Shown: positions 9,792 through 21,188 of the stretch, one piece after another
Layout: the number at the start of each line of letters is the position of its first letter
Position numbering within the stretch: position 1 is the stretch's first letter
Source: Macrostomum hystrix
Taxonomy: Eukaryota; Animalia; Platyhelminthes
Direction of reading: 5' to 3'
Length of the DNA stretch: 64,000 nucleotides
Assembly: GCA_950097015.1 (NCBI GenBank)
Contig: CATNEN010000035.1
Coordinates: 124,001 to 188,000, forward strand
Made by a program: the position numbers and the translations under genes
The notes under the pieces: generated by a model
The model's input: the letters and a program-made list of their open reading frames with translations, nothing else
What the model was told of the DNA's origin: nothing
Database searches by the model: none

Positions 9792-12700
9792 TCAGTCATA
9801 GTCCACAGGGTCCTGCAAAGCCGCACTGACGGCAGCAAACAGCCAATTAAACTCTGCCTGATCAGCTGACCACAGGTAGATGAGGTGGTCTAGGCCGAAG
9901 GACACCAAGCCGAAATCGCTGCCGCAGTCCAGCAGGGCTCGAACTCCGGTTGTATGGCCGCACAATTCGCCAGCGCACTCTGGCGGGCTGCTGCCGACCG
10001 CTGACGAGGAGTGCCTGCTGACGGCGTCACCGGTAGCTGCGGACACGGCGGCGTCAAGACCGCGCAGAGTCCACAGTCGAATGCAGGCGTCTTCGCTAGC
10101 CGTGACCAGTAGCAGCTGGCCGGTAGGAGAGGTCAGGGCCAACAGATCTGTCACCTGGGAAAATTGCGGGGGGATTTCAGATTAAACCATCGACAGTAAA
10201 AATTGAGGGTGGGTGTGGCGTCCCCCCAGTCTATGGACTGAACAGCCGAATTTTAGATACCACCAGTAGTCATTCTACTGTCAACTAACATATTTCACTA
10301 GAGATGCCAGGTGTCCAGAAAGTACAGTTACTTTTACTTGTTGCGGACTTTTGATAAGTCGCATTTAAACTACTTTGGTAACGTTTAAAAGCGTCAATCA
10401 AGTCTCACCTTTAAAGGACTTGAACTGTGATCGATTTGATGTAGTAATTGATAATAATTGATTACACCTGCCCCAATTGGGTCAGATGTGCAGCCGACAG
10501 CACATCCGCAGCTAATGCGCGGCGCATCTGAAGGCTGCGTACAGCTGTTCAGTCCATGGACTGGGGGGACGCCACACCCACCCTCAATTACCCCAGCTGA
10601 TGCTGGTACCCATTTAACAGCTGGGTGAACTGAAGCAATGCAGAGTTAAGTGTCTTGCTAAAGGACACAAATTGTTCAGTGGAGTCGGGAATCGAACCCC
10701 CGACTTTCAAGTCGTGAGTCCGACGCCCTAACCACTAGGCTACAACCGCTTACTGCATAATATGATTTGATGTATAATTTAAGAGAAATGTGGATTTAAG
10801 TAGCGGAAAATCAGCAATACACAGGAGATCCCCCTGAAGCTTTTTGGCAGCGCCCTGACTGCTAACAGCGTTGGGTGGTGACTGATTGGTTGACAGACTA
10901 GGCGAGGGTGTCCTGTGGTTGAGCTGCGCCTAATATTTAGGCTTGATCAGTGAAATTGGAGAAATTCGCGTCAGGGTGTCCATAGTGGCCTATTTCCAAC
11001 TGTTGCAGCCCTTGAAGGTCCAGCAGTCCGTCTAGATAAAGGTAGGTGACCACCGAAGATGGAGATGATGCAGGCACATTCGGGTGACATGCTGATCAAT
11101 TTTGAAGGCCTGGCAAGGCCGCACTGAATCGCAGTGCTAATTCGTGAATATGGGAGTATGAAATACACTAGCGCTTGTGGGAAAATCCGACCTTTGGCCA
11201 GAACAATTGAATATCTCGACGGTCTGAAGAGCTGGCGACTTGATTTTTGTTTTGCGCAATAAAAATTTGGTCCGTGTTCTTGGTTTCGTGTGCTCAAAAT
11301 TTACTTTAACTTTCCGAAATCAGATTACCCAAAGGTCAGTTGAAGGTCAGTGCCGCTCACCTTAGCCCTGTGAGCTGCCAGTTCAGCAGCCACGGTGCGG
11401 CCAGTGACCAGGTCGAACACGACGAAGCCGTAGCCGACGCCAGCCAGCAGGTGCCGATCGCCTAGCCGGCGCAGGGCGCACACCGAGTGAGGAAATTTTC
11501 TCTGCTCGCCTTCGAAATCGGCGTGCCGGTTGAATCTGGCTAGACGGTCCAGACGGGAATTGCCGGCGCTCCATAGCAGAATCTCGCCGTCAAGGGAGGC
11601 GCTGGCAAACAGGTGCTGCTGCTGCTGTTTGTCTAGCTGTTCGACACCACCGCCAATTAGAGAGGTGACGGCGCATCGGTGACTCTCAGCGGCGTTGCAC
11701 ACGTGAGCCAATGCGGGGCCGCCGGACGCGACGCGAAACAGTCTCAGGTGCCGGTCGTAGGCTGCTAGCAGGTGTCGCCGGCCTGATGCGGCCAGATGGG
11801 TGACGCACTCGCCGCCAAACAGACCGCTGTCTAATTCCGCTAGTTCGGCGCCGCCATCCGACAGTCCGAATGCGAATAGGCCCTCGCCGGCGGCCAGGAG
11901 GCAGTCGCCCAACACCATGAGGGTCTGGACGCGGGCCTGGCAGCGCCAGGTTATCAGCGGCTGCTCTGAGCCGGCTGAGAGGCTGTGGAGCAGCACCCGG
12001 TACTGGTAGCTGGGGTCCAGGCCCGAGGAAGCCAGCTGCCTGACGGGGGCGGGTCACGGAATATGCGTCAGTGGGTCATTGCATTATAAACATTATAAAT
12101 CAGTGGGTCAAAAACTTATGGGTCATGGGACAGTAGGTTATGGGTCATGGGACACGGGACAGTAGGTTATGGGTCATGGGTCATGGGTCATGGGGCAGTA
12201 GGTTATGGGTCATGGGACACGGGACAGTAGGTTATGGGTCATGGGACACGGGACAGTAGGTTATGGGTCATGGGTCATGGGGCAGTAGGTTATGGGTCAT
12301 GGGACACGGGACAGTAGGTTATGGGTCATGGGACAGAAGGCTATGGGTCATGGGGCAGTAGGCTATGGGTCATGGGACAGTAGGTTATGGGTCATGGGTC
12401 ACGGGACAGTAGGTTATGGGTCATGGGACACGGGACAGTAGGTTATGGGTCATGGGTCATGGGGCAGTAGGTTATGGGTCATGGGACACGGGACAGTAGG
12501 TTATGGGTCATGGGACAGAAGGCTATGGGTCATGGGGCAGTAGGTTATGGGTCATGGGACAGTAGGTTATGGGTCATGGGTCACGGGACAGTAGGTTATG
12601 GGTCATGGGACAGAAGGTTATGGGTCAATGGTTTGGTACATTTGTGGTTCATAGGTCGTCAGACCGTGGATTATGCAGTGGTTCAGGAGTCAAGGATGCA

Positions 12701-13118
12701 AGCGTCGAATAAGGTTCGCATTGACTGGACTGGCGTGAAGTTGGATCAGTTCACCTAGCTCACCCAGCCGACTCGTGAGTCACGCACGCCACAACCCGGC
12801 CAGTGTGACCGGACAGGCGCCGGAAAACGCGCCGAGTTGTGAGGCTCCACACACAGATGTCCGGCTCGTCGGCCCAGCTCACAATGAGTTGGACGCCAGG
12901 GTCAGCCGGATCGGGGCAGCGGAGTACACCCTGAGCACGGTTGAGAAGGCGCGTGCAATTATGAGGGATTTAGACATCTGATTTGGCAGTCAACTGAGTA
13001 CTGGAAATCGAAGTACCTTAACACTAGTCGAATGGCCTTCCAACAGAGTCAGGCTGCCAAATAGCCGCTCGTGGGCTAGCGATGTTGCGGCGGCATTCGC
13101 TGAGAAAGCTGAAGACAT
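9792..13118 (-). CDS. WDR41: WD repeat-containing protein 41 orthologue, 436 aa; exons 13118-13017,12930-12764,12039-11361,10154-9792
   Basis: The spliced ORF has WD40 repeats (LEGHSTSVK..VSWAD..CVW; SGHTGRV; ASASLDGEILLW; TASEDACIRLW). Segments AGVGYGFVVFDL..AAHRAKV and GELCGHTTGVRALL..GLVSFGLDHLIYLW align with WDR41 as I recall it. GT-AG phases are consistent and sum to 1311 nt. Confidence 0.82.
10201..10246 (+). mobile_element. 46-bp fragment of the family A SINE 3' region, inverted relative to 10544-10589
   Basis: Matches the reverse complement of 10544-10589 at 45/46 positions. Confidence 0.8.
10444..10763 (-). mobile_element. tRNA-derived SINE, family A (CORE-like central domain), full-length, in WDR41 intron 3
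   Basis: Minus strand shows A box TAGCCTAGTGG and B box GGTTCGATTCC, then GCAAGACACTTAACT..AAATGGGTACC resembling the CORE-SINE domain, then an AT-rich tail. An 11-bp direct repeat GATTTGATGTA flanks it (10433-10443, 10764-10774). Confidence 0.8.
10845..11295 (+). repeat. Unclassified ~450-bp dispersed repeat, copy 1 (WDR41 intron 3)
   Basis: Colinear similarity to 41428-41853, with shared blocks such as GTGGTTGAGCTGCGCCTAATATTTAGGCTTGATCAGTGAAATTGGAGAAATTCGCGTCAGGGTGTCC. Confidence 0.85.
12117..12628 (+). repeat. Modular minisatellite (ATGGGTC / ACGGGAC / AGTAGGTT blocks) in WDR41 intron 2
   Basis: Tandem shuffled 7-8-bp modules. Confidence 0.9.
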
Positions 13119-13337
13119 TTCCGACTGCTCACACTAATTCGGCTAACAAGGCGAAAGCCACCGATAAAGGTGGAATGTTGGGAGATGCAGCAGTAGACTG
13201 ATTATTAGGCTGTGACCTGAAATTATAGTTATTCATTAATTTTTTATTGAATAATCAAGTTGAAATCCTCATAATCGTGCTAGAGGTTGAAAAGCTAGAA
13301 CGAAATAATGACGCGTTTTGATGTAAATTATGTGCAG

Positions 13338-13530
13338 GGGTGAATGTACATTTAGTGGCAGGGAGAGAAGCTGGTCGGGTGTGAATGTACATTTGGGGCA
13401 GGGAATGAGGAGCTGGCCTGGAAAGATTGTACATTTGGGGGCAGGGTATGACAAGCTGGCCTAGAGTGAGTGTACATTCGGGGCAGGGTATGAGGAGCTG
13501 GCCGGGTGTGAATGTACATTTCGGGGCAGG
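13338..13530 (+). repeat. Degenerate ~42-bp tandem repeat (GAATGTACATTTGGGGCAGGG...) between TRIM23 and WDR41
   Basis: About five diverged units. Confidence 0.75.
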
Positions 13531-13931
13531 GGAGTAGGTTGTTTGGATAGCGGGTGATGGCTGTACATTTTGTCGGGAGTATAAATTGGGTAATTCGGTA
13601 CTTCCTTACTGTCTGATAAAATAATCAAATTAATACAATACTCCTAAGTCTTGATCAAGAGATAGAAAAATAAGAAAACATAAAACAACATATTGTAACC
13701 GCAAAACAAATAAAACTAAACTGAATTATTAAACGAACTACTTTTTAATCATCAAATCTATCTTTTCAAGATAATATAGAAAGCTTCTGCTTACTTAGAA
13801 TTTACTAATTGATAGTGTATTGGAATAAGACACAAGTCAATATATCTCCGAATAATTTAGATTTAAAAGACATAACAATATCTAATATATACATTATTTT
13901 ACATATTTTTCTGACACAGTATTATTTATAT

Positions 13932-16900
13932 TTAGACATCAAATAGTCCAGATCCTAATCCCAGCGATACAAGCGGGCCGCCATAATTCTCTGCCGAGCT
14001 GTCAGCGCCATCACCAGCATCAGATGAATCATTGTCGAAGACGGCCGCTGCCGACTCAGCCGAGGTCTCGGAAGCTGGACAGGCGGCCACAAGCTGGTGG
14101 GACAGCCAATCAACAGCCTCCGGGAGGCCCTGGCCAGTCATGGCGTCGCAGGATTGAATGTGCCAGGACCTGGTTGAGCACAGCTTCACCAACTGGAAGC
14201 GCTCCATCAGGGCCTCAATAGTGATGGCTCCGGGCGAGCTCTGCTTGTTAGCCAAGATCAGAAAGGAGGCGTCCTTAAGCTCCGGCTCCTGGAGCAGTTT
14301 AGTCAGCTCATTGAAGGCCTCCTCTAGTCGGGCTGAGTCGCATGAGTCGATGACGAATACTAGGCACTGCGGGAGCGGACAGGTTGGCATGAAGGAATAG
14401 CCGCAATCTTATGTCCGTGGACGGGGGTCGGTGGCAGAGCGGTTAACGCGTTTGCCTCTCGCACCACGGTCCCTAAGTTCGATTCCACGGCGAGACCACA
14501 TTTATTTGGGGCGCAGCCGCGGAGAGAAGGCTTGGGGGCTTGTCGTGCAATTTACGCCCTTGAGGGCCAACCTCCAAGGCAGACAGCGAGAAATGGGCAG
14601 AATTGCCTCCTCGCTGTCTGCGGGTCTAGTGTCACTAAATAATGTACCATTGCCCTCAGCCCTCCTGCAATTATTATTATTATTATATGTCCGTCGACAT
14701 TAATTCACAGATTACGTCAAGTCAACAAAAGGATACTAAAAAGTGTTGTAATTTGATTACTGCAATGACTAGATAGAAAAATATATGAATTACACAGACA
14801 GTTGCACAGCCGCACCTATTGCGCAGAGCTTCCAAAGGCTATGTACAAACTGTTCAGTCCGCGGACTGGAGGCGGGCTAAAAGCCAATGAATAATCCACT
14901 ACCGAGAAAAATCCGTCGAGATTTAGAAATGACCGATTTTGTGAAATCCCAACATATGGATCAGAAAAGTTTCCGCCCTTATAGAGGTTGCAATTGTTCG
15001 AATTTATAAGCCTCAGCTAGGCCTACCTGGGTATTTAGATAATAGTGCCGCCACAACGGCCTCAGCTTGGGCGAGCCGCCAACATCCCAGTAGGTGAGCT
15101 TGACATTGTCGCACTCGATGGTCTCCACATTGAAGCCGATGGTTGGTACAGCGCTGACAAACTCGTTCTGCTTCAACCGGAACAGCACAGAAGTCTTCCC
15201 AGCCCCGTCCAGCCCGAGCAGGACAGCTCGCATCTCCAATTTCGGGCCGATGTGAATGCGGTGATCCCGAGTGAAGGTCAGCGGCACAGCCGAGTCCGGA
15301 GCTAGCCTGCGATTAAAGTACATTTGGAACATTTTCGAACTACTCATAGTAGAATGCGTACTCGACTGAGTACCAAAGAGATGTAAATTGCCTGCTGAAA
15401 TGAGTAGTATATACAAAATGTTTAAGTAAGTACTAATACTACCGAGATAAGAAGAAAAATTTCAGAAGGAATACTAAACTTATAAAAAGAACTTTTCTTT
15501 AAAGGAGGGCTGTTGGCACTGGTACATAATTTAGTAACAGTAGCTACTCAAGTGAGTAGTATCTTGAATACTCAAGTGTATCTTGAGTATCTTGAGTACT
15601 TAAGTGAGTAGTATTTTGTAATACTACAATGAGTGGCATCGTGAATACTTAAGTGAGTAGTATCTTGAATACTCAAATGAGTAGTAAAAACATACTCAAA
15701 TGAGTAGTATATTGAATACTCAGAGTGAGTAGTATCTTGAATACTCAAGATATCAGCTCAACATCAGCTATTAGTGATTATACACCAGCGCACCTGGCCA
15801 GTGTATCAGCGCAGTCGGCCTGCTGCTTAGCAATGGTGAGTGCGGCCGCGGCCAGCTCAGGCTTCGCTGCCAGCAGTTCCAAGTCTTGCAGGGCCAGCGC
15901 TCTGGACAGCTGATCGGTAGCAGCGGTGACGCCGTGCAGGAGGTCGGCCAGCTGCTCCAGCTGGGTGTGCACGCAGCCCAGGCGCTGCTGCACGTGCGCC
16001 TGGAGGGCCGTGCGAGCCGCCTGCCTCTGCTGCTGCACTCGCTCGGCCAGCACCTGGGATACGCGGACAATGGGGAAGGAAATCCTATAGGGTAAGGCTG
16101 AAGATCCGGACAAACAGACTGGACAGATGGTGGGGGAAATCTACCAGGGAAACCCCGGACAAACAAACAGAATAGGTTGTGGGGGAGCCTATCAAGGAAA
16201 TCCGAGACAAACAGACTGGACAGATGGTGGGGGAAATCTACCAGGGAAACCCCGGACAAAAAGACAGAATAGGTTGTGGGGGAGCCTATCAGGGAAAATC
16301 CGAGACAAACAGACTCGACAGATGGGGGAAATCCACCAGGGAAACCACGGACAAACAAACAGACTAGGTTGTGGGGGAGCCTTTAGGGAAATCCGGACAA
16401 ACAGACTGGATCGATGGAGGGGGAATCCATCAGGGAAACCCCGGACAAACAGACTGGATCGATGGTGGGGAAATCCGTCAGGGAAACCTCGGACAACCAG
16501 ACTGGATCGATGGTGGGGAAATCCGTCAGGGAAACCTCGGACAACCAGACTGGATCGATGTTGGGGGGAATCCATCAGGGAAACCCCGGACAAACAGACT
16601 GGATCGATGGTGGGGAAATCCGTCAGGGAAACCTCGGACAACCAGACTGGATCGATGTTGGGGGGAATCCATCAGGGAAACCCCGGACAAACAGACTGGA
16701 TCGATGGTGGGGAAATCCGTCAGGGAAACCTCGGACAACCAGACTGGATCGATGGTGGGGAAATCCGTCAGGGAAACCTCGGACAAACAGACTGGATCGA
16801 TGGAGGGGGGAATCCATCAGGGAAACCCCGGACAAACAGACTGGATCGATGGTGGGGAAATCCGTCAGGGAAACCTCGGACAACCAGACTGGATCGATGT

Positions 16901-19192
16901 TGGGGGGAATCCATCAGGGAAATTTCGGAAAACATACTTAATAGGTGGTGGGGGAGTTCACAGAAAAGTGCCTAACCAAACAAACTCAAATGAGTACTCA
17001 AAAACTCGGACAAGGTCGCAAAACAGAGCCAAAGTACTGGAATTACCTCAAAGTACTCCTCGACCTGGCGCTCGGCCACCGCTCTCGTGCCAGACTCCGG
17101 CCTGTCGATCTCTTCAGCGCATGCGCGCAGCCGCCTGGCAGCCTCGTTCAAATCCGCCGCAAACGCGCGCACACTAGAGAGGCTGGCGCTGAGACCGGAG
17201 CGAACGGACTCAAGCTCGGACTCGAGCAGCGCGTGCCTATGCCCAATATGCCTGCCGTAGTCTTTGCAGATGTAACACATCAGGCTGTTGCGCCAGCAGG
17301 CCTCCTCTAGGCAGACAAGTTCGGCCGCGTGCATCGGGTGGTAGTGACACCTGGGTTGAGTTTCAATGATGAAAACTTTTTTTGATAAAATACAAACACG
17401 ATTTGCTGCGTCCTAGGTAAAAATATTTTTATTTTGGGTGGGACGGATGCGTCCTCATTAGAATACGGATGTGTCCTCATTAGAATACGGAGGTGTCCTC
17501 ATTAGAATACGGATGTGTCCTCATTAGAATACGGAGGTGTCCTCATTAGAATACGGATGTGTCCTCATTAGAATACGGATGTGTCCTCATTAGAATACGG
17601 ATGTGTCCTCATTAGAATACGGATGTGTCCTCATTAGAATACGGATGCGTCCTCATTAGAATACGGAGGTGTCCTCATTAGAATACGGATGCGTCCTCAT
17701 TAGAATACGGATGCGTCCTCATTAGAATACGGATGCGTCCTCATTAGAATACGGATGTGTCCTCATTAGAATACGGAGGTGTCCTCATTAGAATACGGAT
17801 GCGTCCTCATTAGAATACGGATGTGTCCTCATTAGAATACGGATGTGTCCTCATTAGAATACGGATGCGTCCTCATTAGAATACGGATGTGTCCTCATTA
17901 GAATACGGATGCGTCCTCATTAGAATACGGATGTGTCCTCATTAGAATACGGATGCGTCCTCATTAGAATACGGATGCGTCCTAGTAATCTTCAGTTTCT
18001 GAATGAACAAGTGTGAGCAAAGTGGTTGGTACTCGCTAATTACCTAGGAATCCGGACCGGCCTCTGTCCGACAGGCACCAGGTTGTGCTGGCTGAGGGTT
18101 CTGGAGCTGTGGGTGGTCCTGGCGCAGTTGGGGCACAGGTTGCTACCGCAGACCAGGCAGTGCAGCTCGGCAGTGTGAGATTCGTTCTCATCGCAAGCTA
18201 CTGGCGGCGGAGCCAGTGGAGAAGCCATCGCGGCAGCGAAGTTACCGCCGCCAGAAGCACTGGCGCCGCCACCCGATGGCAATCCCGACGATGAAGCATC
18301 GCCGGAAGCTCCTCCACCGCCGCTGCCACCGCCGAGGTCGTCGTTTCCGACAGTCAATCGTTCGAGCTGTTCCAGCAGGGCAAAGTTCTTCTTCAGGCCC
18401 CAGACACCAGAGTCGGGCAGTGCAGTCGGCTGCCGATCGAATGGGCAGAGCAAGCAGCCGCCAGGACCTCCGCCGTCGTGATGCTGCAGGACTGGCAGCT
18501 GGCGAAGGCACCGATGACAGACGCTGTGACCGCAGGCTAGCAGGCGAGGCATAAGATCGCCTTGCAACGAGAAACCTTCGTTGCAGAGGCGGCATTCGAT
18601 TGCCTGCCGGTAGGAAACGGCTGGCACTGAGGAACGGCTTCTATGAACCTAATGTGCTACCTAGCTACCCCGTGGCAGTCCACAATGACACTACTCTACG
18701 ACAATCCGCAATGACCCTACTGTACGACAATCCACAATGACCCTACTCTACGACAATCCACAATGACCCTACTCTACGACAATCCACAATGACCCTACTC
18801 TACGACAATCCACAATGACCCTACTCTACGACAGTCCACAATGACCCTACTCTACGACAATCCACAATGACCCTACTCTACGACAGTCCACAATGACCCT
18901 ACTCTACGACAATCCACAATGACCCTACTCTATGACAGTCCACAATGACCCTACTCTACGACAATCCACAATGACCCTACTCTATGACAGTCCACAATGA
19001 CCCTACTTTATGACAATCCACAATGACCCTACTCTATGACAGTCCACAATGACCCTACTTTATGACAATCCACAATGACCCTACCCCGTGACTATTCACA
19101 ATGGCTCTACTTGGTTTACTATGAACCCTTTACGTGACTGTCAATTGTGAATTCACAGAAAATAATGATCTTACCATATTTGATTCGGACAT
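13932..19192 (-). CDS. TRIM23: TRIM23/ARD1 E3 ubiquitin ligase with C-terminal ARF GTPase domain, ~633 aa; exons 19192-19175,18648-18044,17350-17047,16053-15794,15306-15027,14366-13932
   Basis: Contains a C3HC4 RING ([17 protein letters not shown]), two B-boxes (CDENESH..; [25 protein letters not shown]), a coiled coil and an ARF domain ([26 protein letters not shown]). Phases are consistent (1902 nt). The 18-nt first exon is the least certain part. Confidence 0.93.
14423..14686 (+). mobile_element. tRNA-derived SINE, family B, internally deleted copy in TRIM23 intron 5
   Basis: A box TGGCAGAGCGG, B box GTTCGATTCC and (TTA)n tail. A 12-bp TSD ATGTCCGT(G/C)GAC lies at 14411-14422 and 14687-14698. 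It lacks about 100 bp present in the 29938 copy. Confidence 0.88.
14790..14876 (-). mobile_element. Diverged fragment of the family A SINE 3' region
   Basis: Similar to 10500-10570 (..CTGTTCAGTCC(A/G)(T/C)GGACTGG..). Confidence 0.55.
15540..15750 (+). repeat. Degenerate ~24-bp repeat ATACTCAAGTGAGTAGTATCTTGA in TRIM23 intron 4
   Basis: Recurring GAGTAGTAT / ATACTCAA motifs. Confidence 0.8.
16105..16925 (+). repeat. 48-49-bp minisatellite GGACAAACAGACTGGATCGATGGTGGGGAAATCCGTCAGGGAAACCTC in TRIM23 intron 3
   Basis: About 17 units. Explains the cluster of spurious ORFs at 16.1-17.2 kb. Confidence 0.93.
17445..17983 (+). repeat. 22-bp minisatellite GTCCTCATTAGAATACGGATG(T/C) in TRIM23 intron 2
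   Basis: About 24 units. Confidence 0.96.
18678..19100 (+). repeat. 26-bp minisatellite CAATGACCCTACTCTACGACAATCCA in TRIM23 intron 1
   Basis: About 16 units. Confidence 0.94.
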
Positions 19193-19358
19193 AGTAATGA
19201 GCTGAAAGATAGGAATGAAAATGTTTATATAATACATAAAAAGTTATGTTGTAGACTAAGAGACATGTTGACTTATATGAAAATAATAGTTTTAATGCAA
19301 ATTAAAACAAAATACGCTCGTAACTGAAACTCGAACAACTTGTATTAATATCAATGAA

Positions 19359-19364
19359 TTTATT
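19359..19364 (-). promoter_or_regulatory. Candidate polyadenylation signal (AATAAA) of GRHPR
   Basis: TTTATT on the + strand, about 195 nt past the GRHPR stop, in AT-rich context. Confidence 0.4.
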
Positions 19365-19557
19365 AAGAAATTAACACCTACATAAATGGAAGTTGATTGA
19401 GTGAAAGCAACATAATATCTAAAGAAAGAATATAATGAAAGCAAATCCGTGACATAAATTAATGAATATTAATTATCTAGCAAATTGCAAATTTGGACAA
19501 TAAATTCGCACAAAGAAGCCTACTACTATGAGTAGAGCAAGCCAATCCAATAAATTT

Positions 19558-21188
19558 TCATGCCAGTTCAGCTGGCATCGATTCACCAAGCAATCCAGCT
19601 GCCAGATTATCAACAGCCAACTGGGCCATCGCCTCTCTCGTGCTGACATCCGCGCTGCCGATATGCGGCAGTACGACACAGTTTGGCAGCGTCAGGAGCG
19701 GACTGTCCGATGGCAAAGGCTCGGGATCGGTGACGTCAAGGCCGGCGGCGCCAATGTCGCCATTTTTAAGAGCATCGTACAGATCCGCTTGATTGACAAC
19801 GGTGCCGCGTGACACGTTGATCAGAATGGATTCTGTGAAATGGGTTTTGATTGGCTGAGCGATTAACAGTGGAAAGACTAAGCAGTTTTCCCCTCAGGAC
19901 AGACCACGGAGTATTTCAAATATCCACTGCCTACTTCATGAAATCTGTGGTCAGAGGACCTCTGAAATAGCTCCTATTAGAGTAGAAATTCCCTCTGATA
20001 TGCATCACAATGCGCTAACCCGATCGCATTTTTGCGAATGCGTCCCGATTAAACAGATGCCTTGTGTCCGGGGTGCCCGGACAGCACACAATCACAAAGT
20101 CGGACGCCGCCAACAGGCTTGGAAAGTCTGCGAAGCTGGCATTCAGCTGGCTGGCTAGCTCCGGCTTTGGCCGGGGGCCAGTGTACAGTAGACGACCTGG
20201 ATTGAAGCCCGAGAGTCGCTTAGCAACAGCCTAGGGTGCGAATTTGGGATTTGGGATAAAAAATACTTGAAATATTCGGCTGACCAAAGCACTGTAGATA
20301 TTCGGCAAAGCAACAAAAAGGGCAGGAATATTCAGCCTAGCAACTAAAGTGATGGATATTCAGCCTAGCAACCAAATTTCAGGGATATTCGGCAAAGCAA
20401 CAAAAAAGGGCAGGAATGTTCAGCCTAGCAACTAAAGTGATGGATATTCGGCCTGGCAACTAAAGTGATGGATATTCGGCCTAGCAACTAAAGTGATGGA
20501 TATTCGGCCTAGCAACTAAAAAGTGATGGATATTCGGCCTAGCAACTAGAGTGATGGATATTCGGCCTAGCAACTAAAAAATGATGGATGTTCGGCCTAG
20601 CAACTAAAGTGATGGATATTCGGCCTAGCAACCAGATTGCAAGACAGCACATACCTGACCGATTCGACCGAATCCAACCAGTCCAACAGTGGCGCCGCTG
20701 ATGCTTCGTCCGCACAGCCGGTCGAACGGGCACCATGGTCCCCAGGCTCCGGGCTGTCTGACGGTGTCCACAGCGGCTGGAAGTTTCCTGGCTGTCGCCA
20801 GCAGCAGTGCCAGAGCCAAATCAGCGGTGCCCTCAGTCAGCACGCCGGGTGTGTGACCAATTCTAATGCCAACTGAGCGACAAGCGGCAACATCGATGTG
20901 ATCGACGCCAACAGACATTGTGCTAATGGTCCTAAATCTGTTCTTATCAATGCGATTAAGAAATTCTGAATCGATGCGATCAGTCAGCAGGCAAAGCAGG
21001 CCGTCAATTTTTCCCGCCTCTTCAAATAAAAAATCTCGTTGAACTGGCTGAGTGGCGCTCGGCCACATGACAATGTCCAGCTGCTGCTGGTGCTGTTGCT
21101 TGTGGCTGAGTTGCTCCACTTTACTGAGCAAGCTTGACATGAATTTGTCTGGCAGCTGGCGAGTGACCAGCACTCGAAGACGAGACAT
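19558..21188 (-). CDS. GRHPR: Glyoxylate/hydroxypyruvate reductase (D-2-hydroxyacid dehydrogenase), 339 aa; exons 21188-20655,20230-20020,19832-19558
   Basis: Motifs [28 protein letters not shown], Rossmann [30 protein letters not shown] and PHIGSA. GT-AG phases are consistent (1020 nt). Confidence 0.93.
20270..20633 (+). repeat. ~28-bp minisatellite AACTAAAGTGATGGATATTCGGCCTAGC in GRHPR intron 1
   Basis: About 12 units, more degenerate toward 20270. Confidence 0.9.

Noticed and set aside
10681-10750. tRNA-like sequences here and at 32625-32694, 14423-14490 and 29938-30005
   Set aside because: Acceptor and anticodon stems are imperfect, apparent anticodons differ between copies, and each continues into a shared body with tail and TSD. 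They are SINE heads.
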